Below, in pieces: positions 8,397 through 19,148 of a stretch of 64,000 bases of DNA; the first letter of the stretch is position 1; each line of letters opens with the position of its first letter. The notes under the pieces were generated by a model that was given only the letters and a program-made list of their open reading frames with translations, made no database searches and was not told where the DNA came from. The DNA lies in assembly GCA_963827455.1 (NCBI GenBank), contig CAWHAW010000011.1, positions 6,228-70,227 of the forward strand. The letters are read 5' to 3'. A program made the position numbers and the translations under genes. This DNA comes from an uncultured Solirubrobacteraceae bacterium. Lineage in GTDB: Bacteria > Actinomycetota > Thermoleophilia > Solirubrobacterales > Solirubrobacteraceae.

Positions 8397-10457
8397 ATGA
8401 GCAGCGAGCACTCGGCGCGCCTGCCTGAGCGCGACAGCCCCTGGATGATGCGCACGTACGCGGGCCACTCCACCGCGAAGGCCTCCAACGAGCTGTACAG
8501 GCGCAACCTGGCCAAGGGCCAGACCGGCCTGTCGGTGGCGTTCGATCTGCCGACCCAGACGGGATACGACCCCGACGACGAGCTCGCGCGCGGCGAGGTC
8601 GGGAAGGTCGGGGTGCCGATCTCCCACCGCGGCGACATGGCCGCGCTGATGGACGGCATCCCGCTCGGCGAGATGAACACGTCGATGACGATCAACGCCA
8701 CGGCGGCGTGGCTGCTGGCGCTCTACATCGTCGCCGCCGAGAATCAGAACCCACCCACCCCCCAGGAGCAACTCCAGGGCACGACCCAGAACGACATCAT
8801 CAAGGAGTTCCTCGCGCGCGGCACCTACGCCTTTCCGCCCGCGCCTTCGATGCGCCTGACCGCCGACATGATCGCCTACACCGTCGAGCACGTCCCGAAG
8901 TGGAACCCGATCAACATCTGCTCCTATCACCTGCAGGAGGCGGGCGCGACACCGGTGCAGGAGATCGCCTACGCGATGAGCAACGCGATCGCCGTCCTCG
9001 ACGCCACGCGTGAGCGCGTGGGTGCGCGGGGTCCGGAGGTGATGGAACAGGTCTTTGGGCGCATCTCGTTCTTCGTCAACGCCGGTGTGCGCTTCGTCGA
9101 AGAGCACGCGAAGCTGCGCGCGATGTCGATCCTGTGGGAAGAGCTGGGGCGCGAGCGCTACAACGTCGAGCAGGATCGCTACCTACGCTTCCGCTACGGC
9201 GTGCAGGTCAACTCGCTCGGCCTGACCGAGGCCCAACCCGAGAACAACGTCCAGCGAATCGTGCTCGAGGCGCTCGCGGTCACACTCGGCCGCAACGCGC
9301 GGGCACGCGCTATCCAGCTACCAGCTTGGAACGAGGCGCTCGGCCTGCCCCGCCCGTGGGATCAGCAGTGGTCACTGCGCATCCAGCAGGTGCTCGCCTA
9401 CGAGACGGACATCCTCGAGTACCCGGACATCTTCGAGGGCTCGAAGGTGATGGACGCGCTCGTGGCTGAGCTGCTGGACGGAGCACGCGCAGAGATGGCG
9501 GTCGTCGCGGAGCACGGCGGCGCGGTCGAAGCCGTTCCCTACATGAAGGCGGCGCTGGTGGATAGCCACCGCGAGCGGATCCGACGGATCGAGGAGGGCG
9601 AGCAGGTGGTCGTCGGGCAAAACCGGTTCACCGAGACAGAGGTCTCGCCGCTGACCGCCGACGCCGAGGGCGGCATCCTCGTCGTGGATCCCAAGCTCGA
9701 AGCCGAGCAGATCGAGGAGGTGCGCCGCTGGCGCGCCGAGCGCGACCAGCCAGCGGTGGACGAGGCGCTCGCCTCGCTCGCCGCGGTCGCACGCGACGAG
9801 GGCGCCGCCGAGAACCTGATGGTCGCGACGATCGCGGCCGCCCGCGCCGGCGCCACCACGGGCGAGTGGTCACGCACGCTCCGCGAGGTGTTCGGCAGCT
9901 ACCGTGCTCCGACGGGAGTCGGCGAGGCAGCGTCGATCGACAGAGCCGGAGGCGACGAGGAGCTCGAGGAGCTGCGCGGCGAGGTCGCGCAGCTGCAGGA
10001 GAAGCTCGGGCGCAGGCTCAAGATCCTTGTCGGCAAGCCGGGCCTCGACGGCCATTCCAACGGCGCCGAGCAGATTGCGGTGCGCGCGCGCGATGCCGGC
10101 ATGGACGTCGTCTACGAAGGCATCCGCCTGACGCCGGCGCAGATCGCCGCCTCGGCCCTACAGGAGGGCGTGCACGTGATCGGCCTGTCGATTCTCTCCG
10201 GCTCGCACCGTGACCTGATCCCTGCGGTCATCGATGCGCTGAACGAGGCGGGCGTGAGCGTGCCGGTCGTCGTGGGCGGCATCATCCCCGACCAGGATGT
10301 CGCGGCCCTGGAAGACGCGGGGGTCGCCGCCGTGTACACGCCCAAGGATTTCGACATCAACCGCATCATGCGCGACATCGTGAGGATCGTGGCAGAACGC
10401 GCCGACCGACCAGCGGTCGCGGCAGCGGGCAGCGCGTCCGCCACCGGCGCGGCGTGA
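8397..10457 (+). CDS. meaA: Ethylmalonyl-CoA mutase (MeaA/Ecm), B12-dependent
   Basis: PWMMRTYAGHS, ICSYHLQEAGA, YGVQVNSLGLTE and cobalamin motif GLDGHSNG. Confidence 0.93.
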   Translation: MSSEHSARLPERDSPWMMRTYAGHSTAKASNELYRRNLAKGQTGLSVAFDLPTQTGYDPDDELARGEVGKVGVPISHRGDMAALMDGIPLGEMNTSMTINATAAWLLALYIVAAENQNPPTPQEQLQGTTQNDIIKEFLARGTYAFPPAPSMRLTADMIAYTVEHVPKWNPINICSYHLQEAGATPVQEIAYAMSNAIAVLDATRERVGARGPEVMEQVFGRISFFVNAGVRFVEEHAKLRAMSILWEELGRERYNVEQDRYLRFRYGVQVNSLGLTEAQPENNVQRIVLEALAVTLGRNARARAIQLPAWNEALGLPRPWDQQWSLRIQQVLAYETDILEYPDIFEGSKVMDALVAELLDGARAEMAVVAEHGGAVEAVPYMKAALVDSHRERIRRIEEGEQVVVGQNRFTETEVSPLTADAEGGILVVDPKLEAEQIEEVRRWRAERDQPAVDEALASLAAVARDEGAAENLMVATIAAARAGATTGEWSRTLREVFGSYRAPTGVGEAASIDRAGGDEELEELRGEVAQLQEKLGRRLKILVGKPGLDGHSNGAEQIAVRARDAGMDVVYEGIRLTPAQIAASALQEGVHVIGLSILSGSHRDLIPAVIDALNEAGVSVPVVVGGIIPDQDVAALEDAGVAAVYTPKDFDINRIMRDIVRIVAERADRPAVAAAGSASATGAA

Positions 10458-11407
10458 GCGCGGACGGGGCCGCTCTCGGCGCGCGCTTGCGCGAGCGCGA
10501 CCTGAGCGCGGCGCCCGCGGCCCTGAACCTCCTCGAGAGCACCGCGTCCTCCGATCGCGAGCAGGCGGCCGAGCTGCTCAGCGAGGTCTCGCCGGCCAGG
10601 CTCGGGGGCGAGGCGCCGGCGCACGTGATCGGCGTCACGGGTCCGCCTGGCGCCGGCAAGTCGACGCTGCTCTCGGCGCTCCTGCACGCTTGGCGTGCAC
10701 GCTCGCGCACGGTGGCGATGCTCGCGGTCGACCCGAGCTCGCGCCGCTCGGGCGGCTCGCTGCTCGGTGATCGCGCGCGCATCGAGTTCGATCCCGCCGA
10801 CCGCGGCGTGCTGATCCGCTCGACGGCCGCCGGCGAGCGGCTCGGCGGCCTCGCACAGGCGACGCGCGCCGCGGCCGAGGCGCTCGCTGCGGCATTCGAC
10901 ATCGTCGTGATCGAGACGGTCGGCGTCGGACAGGCCGAGACGGACGTCGCCGACGTGGCCGACACGGTCTTGGTCGTCGTCCAGCCGGGCAGCGGTGACG
11001 CGCTGCAGTTCCTCAAGTCAGGGATCATGGAGATCCCCGACCTGCTGGTCGTCACCAAGGCCGACCTTGGCCAGATTGCGATCCGCGCAAGGCGCGATCT
11101 CGCAGCCGCGCTTCGCTCGCTCGGTTCGAGTCGCGCGAGCGTGCTGGCGGTCTCGGCGCTGCCCCCGGCCAGTGGGATCGACGAGTTGGTGGCCGCGCTC
11201 GACGAGCGCCGTGCGGCGCTCGACGTTGGCGAGCGCCGAGAGGCGGCGCGGCGCGCGGCCGCGCTCACGGACTTCGTCGTCGAGCACGGCGAGCAGGGCC
11301 TCAGAGCGCTCGGAGGTCGCCGCGGCGCCGAGCGCCTGCTCGCCGAGCAGGGGCCGGGGATGGCCGTGCCCGAGCACGTGACGGCGCTCGAGCAACGTCT
11401 CCCATGA
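10454..11407 (+). CDS. meaB: MeaB/ArgK GTPase chaperone of the B12 mutase
   Basis: GPPGAGKST, AVDPSS..SGGSLLGDR, ETVGVGQ and TKAD. GTGA overlap with meaA. Confidence 0.93.
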   Translation: MSADGAALGARLRERDLSAAPAALNLLESTASSDREQAAELLSEVSPARLGGEAPAHVIGVTGPPGAGKSTLLSALLHAWRARSRTVAMLAVDPSSRRSGGSLLGDRARIEFDPADRGVLIRSTAAGERLGGLAQATRAAAEALAAAFDIVVIETVGVGQAETDVADVADTVLVVVQPGSGDALQFLKSGIMEIPDLLVVTKADLGQIAIRARRDLAAALRSLGSSRASVLAVSALPPASGIDELVAALDERRAALDVGERREAARRAAALTDFVVEHGEQGLRALGGRRGAERLLAEQGPGMAVPEHVTALEQRLP

Positions 11408-11553
11408 GGCGCAACCTGCTGAGCATGTTCGGCGCGTTCGTGCTCGCCAGCTTGCTCGCGGGTGCGCTCGGGGCGGTCAACCTGGGCACGGCGCTCGCGT
11501 TCGGCCAGATGGCGTTCGCCGCGACCACAGTCTACGTGCTGCTCAGACGCTGA
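11404..11553 (+). CDS. Small two-helix membrane protein (49 aa)
   Basis: ATGA overlap with the meaB stop. MRRNLLSMFGAFVLASLLAGALGAVNLGTALAFGQMAFAATTVYVLLRR. Confidence 0.65.
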   Translation: MRRNLLSMFGAFVLASLLAGALGAVNLGTALAFGQMAFAATTVYVLLRR

Positions 11554-11607
11554 GCCGGCGAATCGGCGCGTAACGGAAACCCCGCCAGCGAGACTGTAGG
11601 ACAAGCG

Positions 11608-13398
11608 ATGCTAGTTCTCGTGACTTTCGCTGTGCTCGCAGGGGCCGGTACGGCGCTCTCGCCGTGCGTGCTTCCGGTGCTCCCGGCCCTGCTCTCAGCA
11701 GGAGCCATTGGTGGACGGCGCCGACCGATCGGGATCGTTATCGGCCTGGCCGTCACTTTCACGGTGTCAATCGTGTTTCTCACGAAGGTCGTCGAAGGAG
11801 TCGGCCTCGGCAACGAACCGCTGCGCTACGTGGCGATTGCCGTCCTGCTCGCTTTCGGCCTGGTCCAGCTCGTGCCCGATCTGTCAGCGCGTCTGGAGGC
11901 GCCGCTGTCGCGGCTCGCGCGCTTCGGTCCGCGTGATACCGGCGACGGCTTCGCCTCAGGGCTGCTCGTGGGCGGGGCGCTGGGCCTCGTGTACACGCCA
12001 TGCGCCGGCCCGATCTTTGCAGCGATTGTGTCGGTGAGCGCCGCGACCGGGAGGGCGTTCCTATTGGCCATCGCCTACGCGCTCGGCTCCGCGCTCGTCC
12101 TGTTGGCGCTGACGCTCGGCGGCAGGCGCCTGTTCGCTCGCGTCCGCAAGAGCGCCGGCGGGCCGCTCATCGGACGGGCCCTCGGCGTGATCATGATCCT
12201 CACCGCCGTTGCGCTCTTCACCAACCTCGCCAACAGCTACAGCCAGTTCGTCGCCGACAAGATCCCCAATGTCAACCTGGCAGCGTCGCTGGAGTGCTCT
12301 TCGACGGTGACCGATCGCCTCTCGGAGGTTACCGGCCACAAGGCGAAGTTCGTGCCCAAGAACGGCGTTTCGGACTGCGAAGGCTCGAGTACGGGCAAGA
12401 TCCATCCCGCCGCACGCGACGCGAGCCAGGCGATACTGCTCGCCGACGCGCAGCATCTGGAAAACCTCGGAGAAGCGCCGGAATTCACGGACACCGAGGA
12501 CTGGTTCAACACCCGTGGCGACCAACCGCTGAGCCTCGCGTCGCTGCACGGACGCGTTGTGCTGGTGGATTTCTGGACGTACACGTGCATCAACTGCATC
12601 CGCACACTGCCGTATTTGAAGGCCTGGGACGCCGCCTACGCCAACGACGGTCTGACGATCGTGGGAGTGGAGACACCCGAGTTCGGCTTCGAGAAGAAGG
12701 CCAGCAACGTCGCCAACGCGATCGGACAGTTCGGGCTGCGCTACCCCGTGGTGCAGGACAACGAAATGGGCACGTGGAACGCCTACGGCAACGAGTACTG
12801 GCCCGCTGACTACCTGATCGACGCCAACGGCCACGTGCGCTACACGAGCTTCGGCGAGGGCGATTACGGCAAGACCGAAACGGCGATCAGGGCGCTGCTC
12901 GCCGAAGCGGGCCATCAGGTCGGTGCCAAGAGTGACCCGACGAATGTGGTCGTGCCCTCGGAAATCGCGACACCCGAGACGTACATGGGCACGTTACGGG
13001 CGCAGGGCTGGATCAATGGCCCGAAGTCGGGCACGCACGACTACGGCTCGCCGCCTGCGGGCGCACTTCCACTCAACGACTTCGCCTACAGCGGCACCTG
13101 GAAGATCGGCGAACAGCCGGCGGAAGCGATCTCGGGGGCGGGCGTGGACCTCGAGTTCAAGGCCAAGCGCGTGTATCTCGTCCTGAGCTCCCCCGGCGAA
13201 CGACCCTTGCCCGTGGAAGTGCTGCTCGACGGCCACCCGATCTCCAACGCCGACGCGGGCACCGACGTCCACCACGACATCGTGACCGTCCGTAGCGAAC
13301 GCCTGTACTCACTCGTCTCGCTGCAAGGCGATGAACAGCATCGCCTGTCACTGCGCTTCGCCAACGGGGTCACCGGCTACGACTTCACGTTCGGGTAG
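11608..13398 (+). CDS. dipZ: DipZ-like CcdA + thioredoxin fusion
   Basis: SPCVLPVLP and YTPCAGP transmembrane Cys, DFWTYTCINC, and a C-terminal DipZ domain ending YDFTFG. Confidence 0.9.
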   Translation: MLVLVTFAVLAGAGTALSPCVLPVLPALLSAGAIGGRRRPIGIVIGLAVTFTVSIVFLTKVVEGVGLGNEPLRYVAIAVLLAFGLVQLVPDLSARLEAPLSRLARFGPRDTGDGFASGLLVGGALGLVYTPCAGPIFAAIVSVSAATGRAFLLAIAYALGSALVLLALTLGGRRLFARVRKSAGGPLIGRALGVIMILTAVALFTNLANSYSQFVADKIPNVNLAASLECSSTVTDRLSEVTGHKAKFVPKNGVSDCEGSSTGKIHPAARDASQAILLADAQHLENLGEAPEFTDTEDWFNTRGDQPLSLASLHGRVVLVDFWTYTCINCIRTLPYLKAWDAAYANDGLTIVGVETPEFGFEKKASNVANAIGQFGLRYPVVQDNEMGTWNAYGNEYWPADYLIDANGHVRYTSFGEGDYGKTETAIRALLAEAGHQVGAKSDPTNVVVPSEIATPETYMGTLRAQGWINGPKSGTHDYGSPPAGALPLNDFAYSGTWKIGEQPAEAISGAGVDLEFKAKRVYLVLSSPGERPLPVEVLLDGHPISNADAGTDVHHDIVTVRSERLYSLVSLQGDEQHRLSLRFANGVTGYDFTFG

Positions 13399-13522
13399 AG
13401 AGAGCGCGTGCGACGGAGCGGGGTCGCCGGCCGACGCCCTCGAGTGGCCGACCCGCTCGCAGACGCTCGCGGGCACGGCCAACTCCGCACCTGCGCCTAC
13501 AATGCCCTGCATGGAGGGCTCA

Positions 13523-14092
13523 ATGGCCGAGACCAGCGCACGCAGTTGGTTGCGTTGCTACCGCTGCTGGTCACAGGATCTGGAGGTTCAGGTCCACTAC
13601 GAGGGGATCCACAAGATCGACCCTGACACCGGCGAGCGCGCGGAAGTCGTCGACGAGCTCCAGGAGGCGGTCGTGCAGTGTCTGGACTGCATGCACGATC
13701 AGCCGCATCTCGGCTTCAACAACGGACGCGTGGAGCCGATCGAGGACCGCTGGGAACGGATGATCGCGGGTACGCCGTGGGTCGCCTCGTGCACCGTCAC
13801 CGTCGACTCGGAAGACGTCGAGAGCTGCTCGGGGCCAGAGGCCGGTGACGCGCTTTCCTACGCCGCGTTCGGCGAGCACGGCGTGCGCGAGTTCTTCACG
13901 CACGTGCGCTTCCACAAGCACGAAGACGACGCGCGCATCATCGTGCACCTGCTGGTCGAGCTGTACGCGCGCTCGCTCGAGGAGGCCACCGACGTGCTCG
14001 AGTCATCCGCGCGCGGCGCCCTCACGATCACCTCCCTCGCCGAGGAGTCACGCCCGCCGGCAGCCGGCGGCGAGACCCACGGCCACGACTAG
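13523..14092 (+). CDS. Hypothetical protein with two CxxC motifs (possible Zn ribbon)
   Basis: GGAGG SD, CYRC...CLDC, and typical codon usage. Confidence 0.75.
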   Translation: MAETSARSWLRCYRCWSQDLEVQVHYEGIHKIDPDTGERAEVVDELQEAVVQCLDCMHDQPHLGFNNGRVEPIEDRWERMIAGTPWVASCTVTVDSEDVESCSGPEAGDALSYAAFGEHGVREFFTHVRFHKHEDDARIIVHLLVELYARSLEEATDVLESSARGALTITSLAEESRPPAAGGETHGHD

Positions 14093-14099
14093 GCCGTCG

Positions 14100-14615
14100 C
14101 TACGCGGGTGAAAGGCGCATCACGGGGATGTGGCGGATGCCCTCGGTGCGCTGTTCGTAGGTGGTGTAGCCGCGGTACACCTTCTTTGCCTGCGCGAACA
14201 GGCGGTCGTGCTCCTCGCCGGTGACCTCGTGCGCCACGTACGGAGCGGTGTGGCCCTTCACCTCGAGGCTCACATCGGGGTGGGCCTTCAGGTTGTAGTA
14301 CCACGCCGGGAACTTCGGGCGGCCATAGCTCGAGGCGATCAGGATCACGTCATCGCCGTCGCTGAAGTACAACAGCGGCACCGTGCGCTCGACGCCGCTG
14401 CGCGCGCCGCGGACCGTGAGCAGCACGATCGGTATCTGCCCGAAGGCGTGATCCACTCTCCCCCGCGTTGCGCGCAGCAGCCACGGATCGATGCGCGCGC
14501 CCAGCTCCGCGGAGTACCACGTGCCCGCCTTGGTCTGCGCGAATGCGAACAGCGACCTCTTGAACAGGGAACTCGACACCGCGTCGGGGTCGACGCGGGG
14601 GATCACCGCTGTCAT
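14100..14615 (-). CDS. Deazaflavin (F420H2)-dependent nitroreductase family (Ddn/FDOR-A)
   Basis: LLTVRGARSGVERTVPL, IASSYGRPKFPAWYYNLKAHP and YEQRTEGIRHIPV. Confidence 0.9.
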   Translation of the reverse strand: MTAVIPRVDPDAVSSSLFKRSLFAFAQTKAGTWYSAELGARIDPWLLRATRGRVDHAFGQIPIVLLTVRGARSGVERTVPLLYFSDGDDVILIASSYGRPKFPAWYYNLKAHPDVSLEVKGHTAPYVAHEVTGEEHDRLFAQAKKVYRGYTTYEQRTEGIRHIPVMRLSPA

Positions 14616-14619
14616 CCCC

Positions 14620-16432
14620 TCAGCTCAGTCGGTCCTCGAGCGCCCGCAGCTGAGCGTGCATCTCGTCGGGGAGGTTCTCGAACTTGGCGAAGTGCTCCTG
14701 GAGCTGGGGCAGCTGTGCTCGCCACGCATCGACGTCAACGCGCAGCAGCTCGGCCATGTCCTCGTCGGAGACGTCCACGCCGCGCAGTGTCGATGCCCTC
14801 GGGACCTACCGGCGGCACGAGCCCGATCGGGGTCTCCTGGGCTGCTCCATGGCCGGCGCAGCGGGCGAACACCCAGGACAGCACGCGCGAGTTCTCGCCG
14901 TAGCCTGGCCACAGGAAGCGCCCACCGGCGTCCTTGCGGAACCAGTTGACGTAGAAGATCTTCGGCAGCTGCGCGCCGTCGCGCCGCCCCATCTCGAGCC
15001 AGTGAGCGAAGTAGTCGGCCATGTTGTAGCCGCAGAAGGGCAGCATCGCAAAGGGATCGAAGCGCAGCTCGCCGACCTTGCCGGCCGCCGCAGCGGTCTT
15101 CTCTGAGCTCATCGTCGAGCCCATGAAAACGCCGTGCTCCCAGTCGAGCGCCTCCGTCACAAGCGGCACGACGGTGGAGCGGCGCCCGCCGAACAGCATC
15201 GCGTCGATCGGCACGCCAGCCGGGTCCTCCCACTCCGGCGCGATCGCCGGGTCCTGGGATGCCGGTGTGGTGAAGCGCGCGTTCGGGTGCGCCGACGGCG
15301 TGCCGGCGTCGGGTGTCCAGTCGTTGCCGTGCCAATCGATCAGGTGTGCCGGCGGCTCCTTGGTGAGGCCCTCCCACCAGACGTCGCCGTCGTCGGTCTT
15401 GGCGCAGTTGGTGAAGATCGAGTTGCGCGCGATCGTGCGGATCGCGTTCGGGTTGGTGTCCTCGCTCGTCCCTGGGGCTACGCCGAAGAAGCCGTACTCA
15501 GGGTTGATCGCGTACAAACGTCCGTCCCGGCCGAACTTCATCCACGCGATGTCGTCACCGATCGTCTCGACCTTCCAGCCCTCGAGCGTGGGGATCAGCA
15601 TTGCCAGGTTCGTCTTGCCGCATGCGCTCGGGAACGCCCCGGTGATGTACTTGACCTCGCCCTCGGGTGAGGTGAGCTTCAGGATCAGCATGTGCTCGGC
15701 CATCCAGCCCTCGTCGCGCGCCATCACCGAGGCGATCCGCAGCGCGAAGCACTTCTTGCCGAGCAGCGCGTTGCCGCCGTAGCCCGAGCCAAACGACCAG
15801 ATCTCACGACTGTCGGGGAAGTGCACGATGTACTTGTTCTCGGCGTTGCACGGCCACGGCACGTCCTCGACGCCGTCCTCCAGCGGCATGCCGACCGAGT
15901 GCAGACAGGGAACGAAGTCGCCGGCGCCGAGCGCGTCGAGCGCGCCCTGGCCCATACGCGTCATGATGCGCATGCTGACCGCCACGTAGGTCGAGTCGGT
16001 CAGCTGCACGCCAACGTGGCTCTTGTCCGAGCCCAACGGGCCCATCGAGAACGGCACCACGTACATCGTGCGCCCCTTCATCGAGCCGGCGAACAGCTCG
16101 TTCAGCGCCTCGCGCATCTCGCCTGGATCTCGCCAGTTGTTCGTCGGGCCTGCTTCGGCCTCCGTCGCGGAGCAGATAAACGTTCGGTCCTCCACGCGCG
16201 CCACGTCGCCGGGGTCGGACAGCGCCAGGTAGGAATTGGGGCGCTTGGCGTCTGAAAGCCGCTCGAAGGTCCCCGCTTCGACGAGCTCGCGGCAGAGGCG
16301 GTCGTACTCCTCCGCCGAGCCGTCGCACCAGTAGACCCGGTCGGGTTCGGTCAGCGCGGCGGTCTCGTCGACCCAGGCCAGCAGCCGCTGGTTCGTGGTG
16401 GGGGCGGGAACGGTGGTATTCATGGGATCCAA
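14620..16432 (-). pseudogene. pckG: GTP-dependent PEP carboxykinase with a +1 frameshift near 14789 (probable sequencing error)
   Basis: [33 protein letters not shown] and VNWFRK. The C-terminus [18 protein letters not shown]...LEDRLS* lies in another frame with its stop at 14620. Confidence 0.92.
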
Positions 16433-16587
16433 GCGGCTCCTCGGTTCGCGGACATGATCGGCGCTGGGCGATCTACGATCGGCCGCGCTGCGGCCGGGCC
16501 AGGATGGCTCCGGGAACAGAAAAACGCCCTCCGCGGGCGACGTGAGAAAGCGTACCGCACGATCGAAGCGCCCGACAAGTGGGGCGG

Positions 16588-17136
16588 CTACTCGACGGTC
16601 CCCTCCGCTGTGCTGCCGCCTGGAGTCTTGCGCGGGACGAGCACCAGGCGCTTGAACTCGGCCACCAGCACACCGTCTTGATTCAGCACACGCGTGTGTA
16701 CGCGCACCGTCCCGCGGTCGGGCTTGGACTGCGACTCTTTCTTCTCGAGAACCTCCGATTCGCAGAACAGCGTGTCGCCGTGGAACACCGGCGCCGGGTG
16801 CTTGAGCTCTTCGGTAGCGAGGTTGGCGATCGCCTTGCCGCTGACGTCGCTCACCGACATGCCCAGGGCAAGCGAGTACACGAGCGAGCCGACGACCACG
16901 TTCCGGCCCTGCTGGGATTTGGCGGCGTATACGTCGTTGATGTGCAGCGGGTGGTGGTTCATGGTGATCAGGCAGAACAGGTGGTCGTCTGACTCGGTCA
17001 CCGTCTTGGCGGGCCAGTGCTTGTAGACGTCGCCGACCTCGAACTCCTCGAGGTAGCGGCCATATGGATGGGCGCCGCTCGCCTCGCGTGCGGCCTGATC
17101 TGTCTCGACGGTCGGGGCGGTCTCGGTAGCGCTCAT
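16588..17136 (-). CDS. MaoC-family dehydratase, candidate mesaconyl-CoA hydratase of the actinobacterial EMC pathway
   Basis: [40 protein letters not shown] and PVFHGDTL. Genomic context with ccr/ecm/mcl. Confidence 0.85.
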   Translation of the reverse strand: MSATETAPTVETDQAAREASGAHPYGRYLEEFEVGDVYKHWPAKTVTESDDHLFCLITMNHHPLHINDVYAAKSQQGRNVVVGSLVYSLALGMSVSDVSGKAIANLATEELKHPAPVFHGDTLFCESEVLEKKESQSKPDRGTVRVHTRVLNQDGVLVAEFKRLVLVPRKTPGGSTAEGTVE

Positions 17137-18011
17137 TTAGGTCGTGGGCCTCCAGGTGGCGGGGTTATGTGAGCCGCAGCTCGCAGCTTCAACTCTAGTG
17201 GGCGCCCGCGGCCGCCCGCGGCGCGCCGCCCGCGACGGTGCCCGGGCACGCGTGCCCTGCAGTCGGGTGGCAGCCTTCCCCGGGGATTTTGCCGACCGGC
17301 GGCCCCGGCGCCGGCGGGCGGTGCCGGCGGCACCGGTTCAGCCGGCGTGGGGACTCCCGAGCCGGGAGCTCCCGACCGCTCGACGACCTGCTTGAACGAG
17401 CTCGCGTAGGGAAGACCGCACGCGGCGTCGTAGGCCTGCGCGACGGCGCTCGCGGCTCCGAAGCCTGTGAGGGCGCGACCATGCGTGCCGAGCACGCTCA
17501 GCGACGATGCGGTGAGCGCGCCGTGCCGCTGCAGATCACACAGTGACGACGCGGGCGCGCCGACGCGGCGTGCGAACGGGTTGGAGAGTCTGCGCACGGT
17601 GGGTGCGCCGAGCGAGCGCTGTGCGCTGATGCGCAGGGCGACATTCAGCGGGTCGAGCAGGGGCGATGGCCGATTGACCAGCAGCGCCAGCGCCGCCGGA
17701 CCGGGCTTCGTCGCGACGCGCAGAACGGCGATCGCCAGGTAGTCCTCGCCGAACGGCCCGCTCACCACCACCCGCAGCGAGCGGCGCCCGAGGCGCGTGC
17801 CATGGGCGTTGGCGAAGCTGATCTGGGCAAGCGCCAGGTCCCCGGGCGCCGCGGACATGCTCAACCGAGACGTTCGCGTGGCCTCGCCGGCCTCGCGGAC
17901 TCGCGCCGTATCACCGCCGGCGCTCTGGCCGCTCACCAGCGCGATCGCGCCGACAGTCAGCAGCCCACACGTCGCAACCAGCGTCAGCGTGGTCAGAGGA
18001 CGTCTCATCAT
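17133..18011 (-). CDS. Hypothetical secreted protein (C-terminus uncertain; possible frameshift near 17317 ending at 17195)
   Basis: N-terminal signal-like helix and Pro-rich linker. The alternative frame gives [18 protein letters not shown]. Confidence 0.55.
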   Translation of the reverse strand: MMRRPLTTLTLVATCGLLTVGAIALVSGQSAGGDTARVREAGEATRTSRLSMSAAPGDLALAQISFANAHGTRLGRRSLRVVVSGPFGEDYLAIAVLRVATKPGPAALALLVNRPSPLLDPLNVALRISAQRSLGAPTVRRLSNPFARRVGAPASSLCDLQRHGALTASSLSVLGTHGRALTGFGAASAVAQAYDAACGLPYASSFKQVVERSGAPGSGVPTPAEPVPPAPPAGAGAAGRQNPRGRLPPDCRARVPGHRRGRRAAGGRGRPLELKLRAAAHITPPPGGPRPK

Positions 18012-18067
18012 CGATACTTTGAAGGACCGAGCCTAGTGCTGTAAGCCGAACCAACCCAGGAGAGCCC

Positions 18068-19135
18068 TTGCGCAACCCCCGCGACTTCTTCAAGCCCCTA
18101 GCGATCGACGCCCCCGAGCCGGCGCGCGAGATCCCCTTCAAGCCGTCTCGGATGATCCACTTCATGGACTTCTCGAATCCGAAAATGGTCGAGAAGACGC
18201 CCGACCTGGCGCCGAAGGTGGACATCCTGCTCGGCAACCTCGAGGACGCCGTGCCGTTGGAAAAGAAGGAGGCCGCCCGCGCTGGCCTGATTCGCGTGGG
18301 ACGCGAGATGGACCTGGGCGAAACCGCACTGTGGACGCGCGTCAACGAGCTCGCGTCGCCGTATTTCCTCGACGACATCACGCAGCTCGTGGCCGAGATC
18401 GGGCACAAGCTCGAGGTGATCATGATCCCGAAGGTCGAGGGGCCGTGGGATATCCACTACGCCGATCGCCTGCTCGCGCAGCTCGAGGCGAAGGCCGGGC
18501 TCGAGCGCCCGATCCTCCTGCACTGCGTGCTCGAGACCTCCCAGGGGGTGGCCAACCTCGAGGAGATCGCCTCCGCGAGCCCGCGGATCCAGGGGATGAG
18601 CTTCGGTCCCGCCGACCTCGCCGCATCGCGGCGCATGAAGACCACGCGTGTCGGCGGCGGGCATCCCGGCTACCGCACCATCGCCGACCCCGATCCCGAC
18701 GACCCCGACGCGCCGCGTCCGAGCTATCAGCAGGACCCCTGGCACTACTCGATCGCGCGCATGGTCGACGCCTGCACGGCGGTCGGCGCCCTCCCCTTCT
18801 ACGGGCCCTACGGCGACATCTCAGACGAATTGGGCTGCGAAACGCAGTTCCGCGCGTCGTTCCTGCTCGGCTGCGTCGGCGCGTGGTCGCTGCACCCGAG
18901 TCAGATCGCGATCGCCAAGCGCGTGTACTCGCCCGACCCCGACGAGGTCGCCTTCGCCAAAAAGGTCATCGAGGCGATCCCCGACGGTCGCGGCGTGCAC
19001 ATGATCGACGGCAAGATGCAGGACGACGCGACCTGGAAGCAGTGCAAGGTGATGGTCAACCTCGCTGAAATGCTCGCCAAGAAGGATCCGGAGCTGGCCG
19101 AGGCGTATGGGCTCGTGCCGGCCGGCGCCGTGTAG
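18068..19135 (+). CDS. mcl: Malyl-CoA/beta-methylmalyl-CoA lyase (CitE/HpcH family, Chloroflexus-type)
   Basis: [37 protein letters not shown] and [13 protein letters not shown] closely resemble the Chloroflexus MMC lyase as I recall it. Confidence 0.85.
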   Translation: MRNPRDFFKPLAIDAPEPAREIPFKPSRMIHFMDFSNPKMVEKTPDLAPKVDILLGNLEDAVPLEKKEAARAGLIRVGREMDLGETALWTRVNELASPYFLDDITQLVAEIGHKLEVIMIPKVEGPWDIHYADRLLAQLEAKAGLERPILLHCVLETSQGVANLEEIASASPRIQGMSFGPADLAASRRMKTTRVGGGHPGYRTIADPDPDDPDAPRPSYQQDPWHYSIARMVDACTAVGALPFYGPYGDISDELGCETQFRASFLLGCVGAWSLHPSQIAIAKRVYSPDPDEVAFAKKVIEAIPDGRGVHMIDGKMQDDATWKQCKVMVNLAEMLAKKDPELAEAYGLVPAGAV

Positions 19136-19148
19136 GCTTCCGCGCCGC

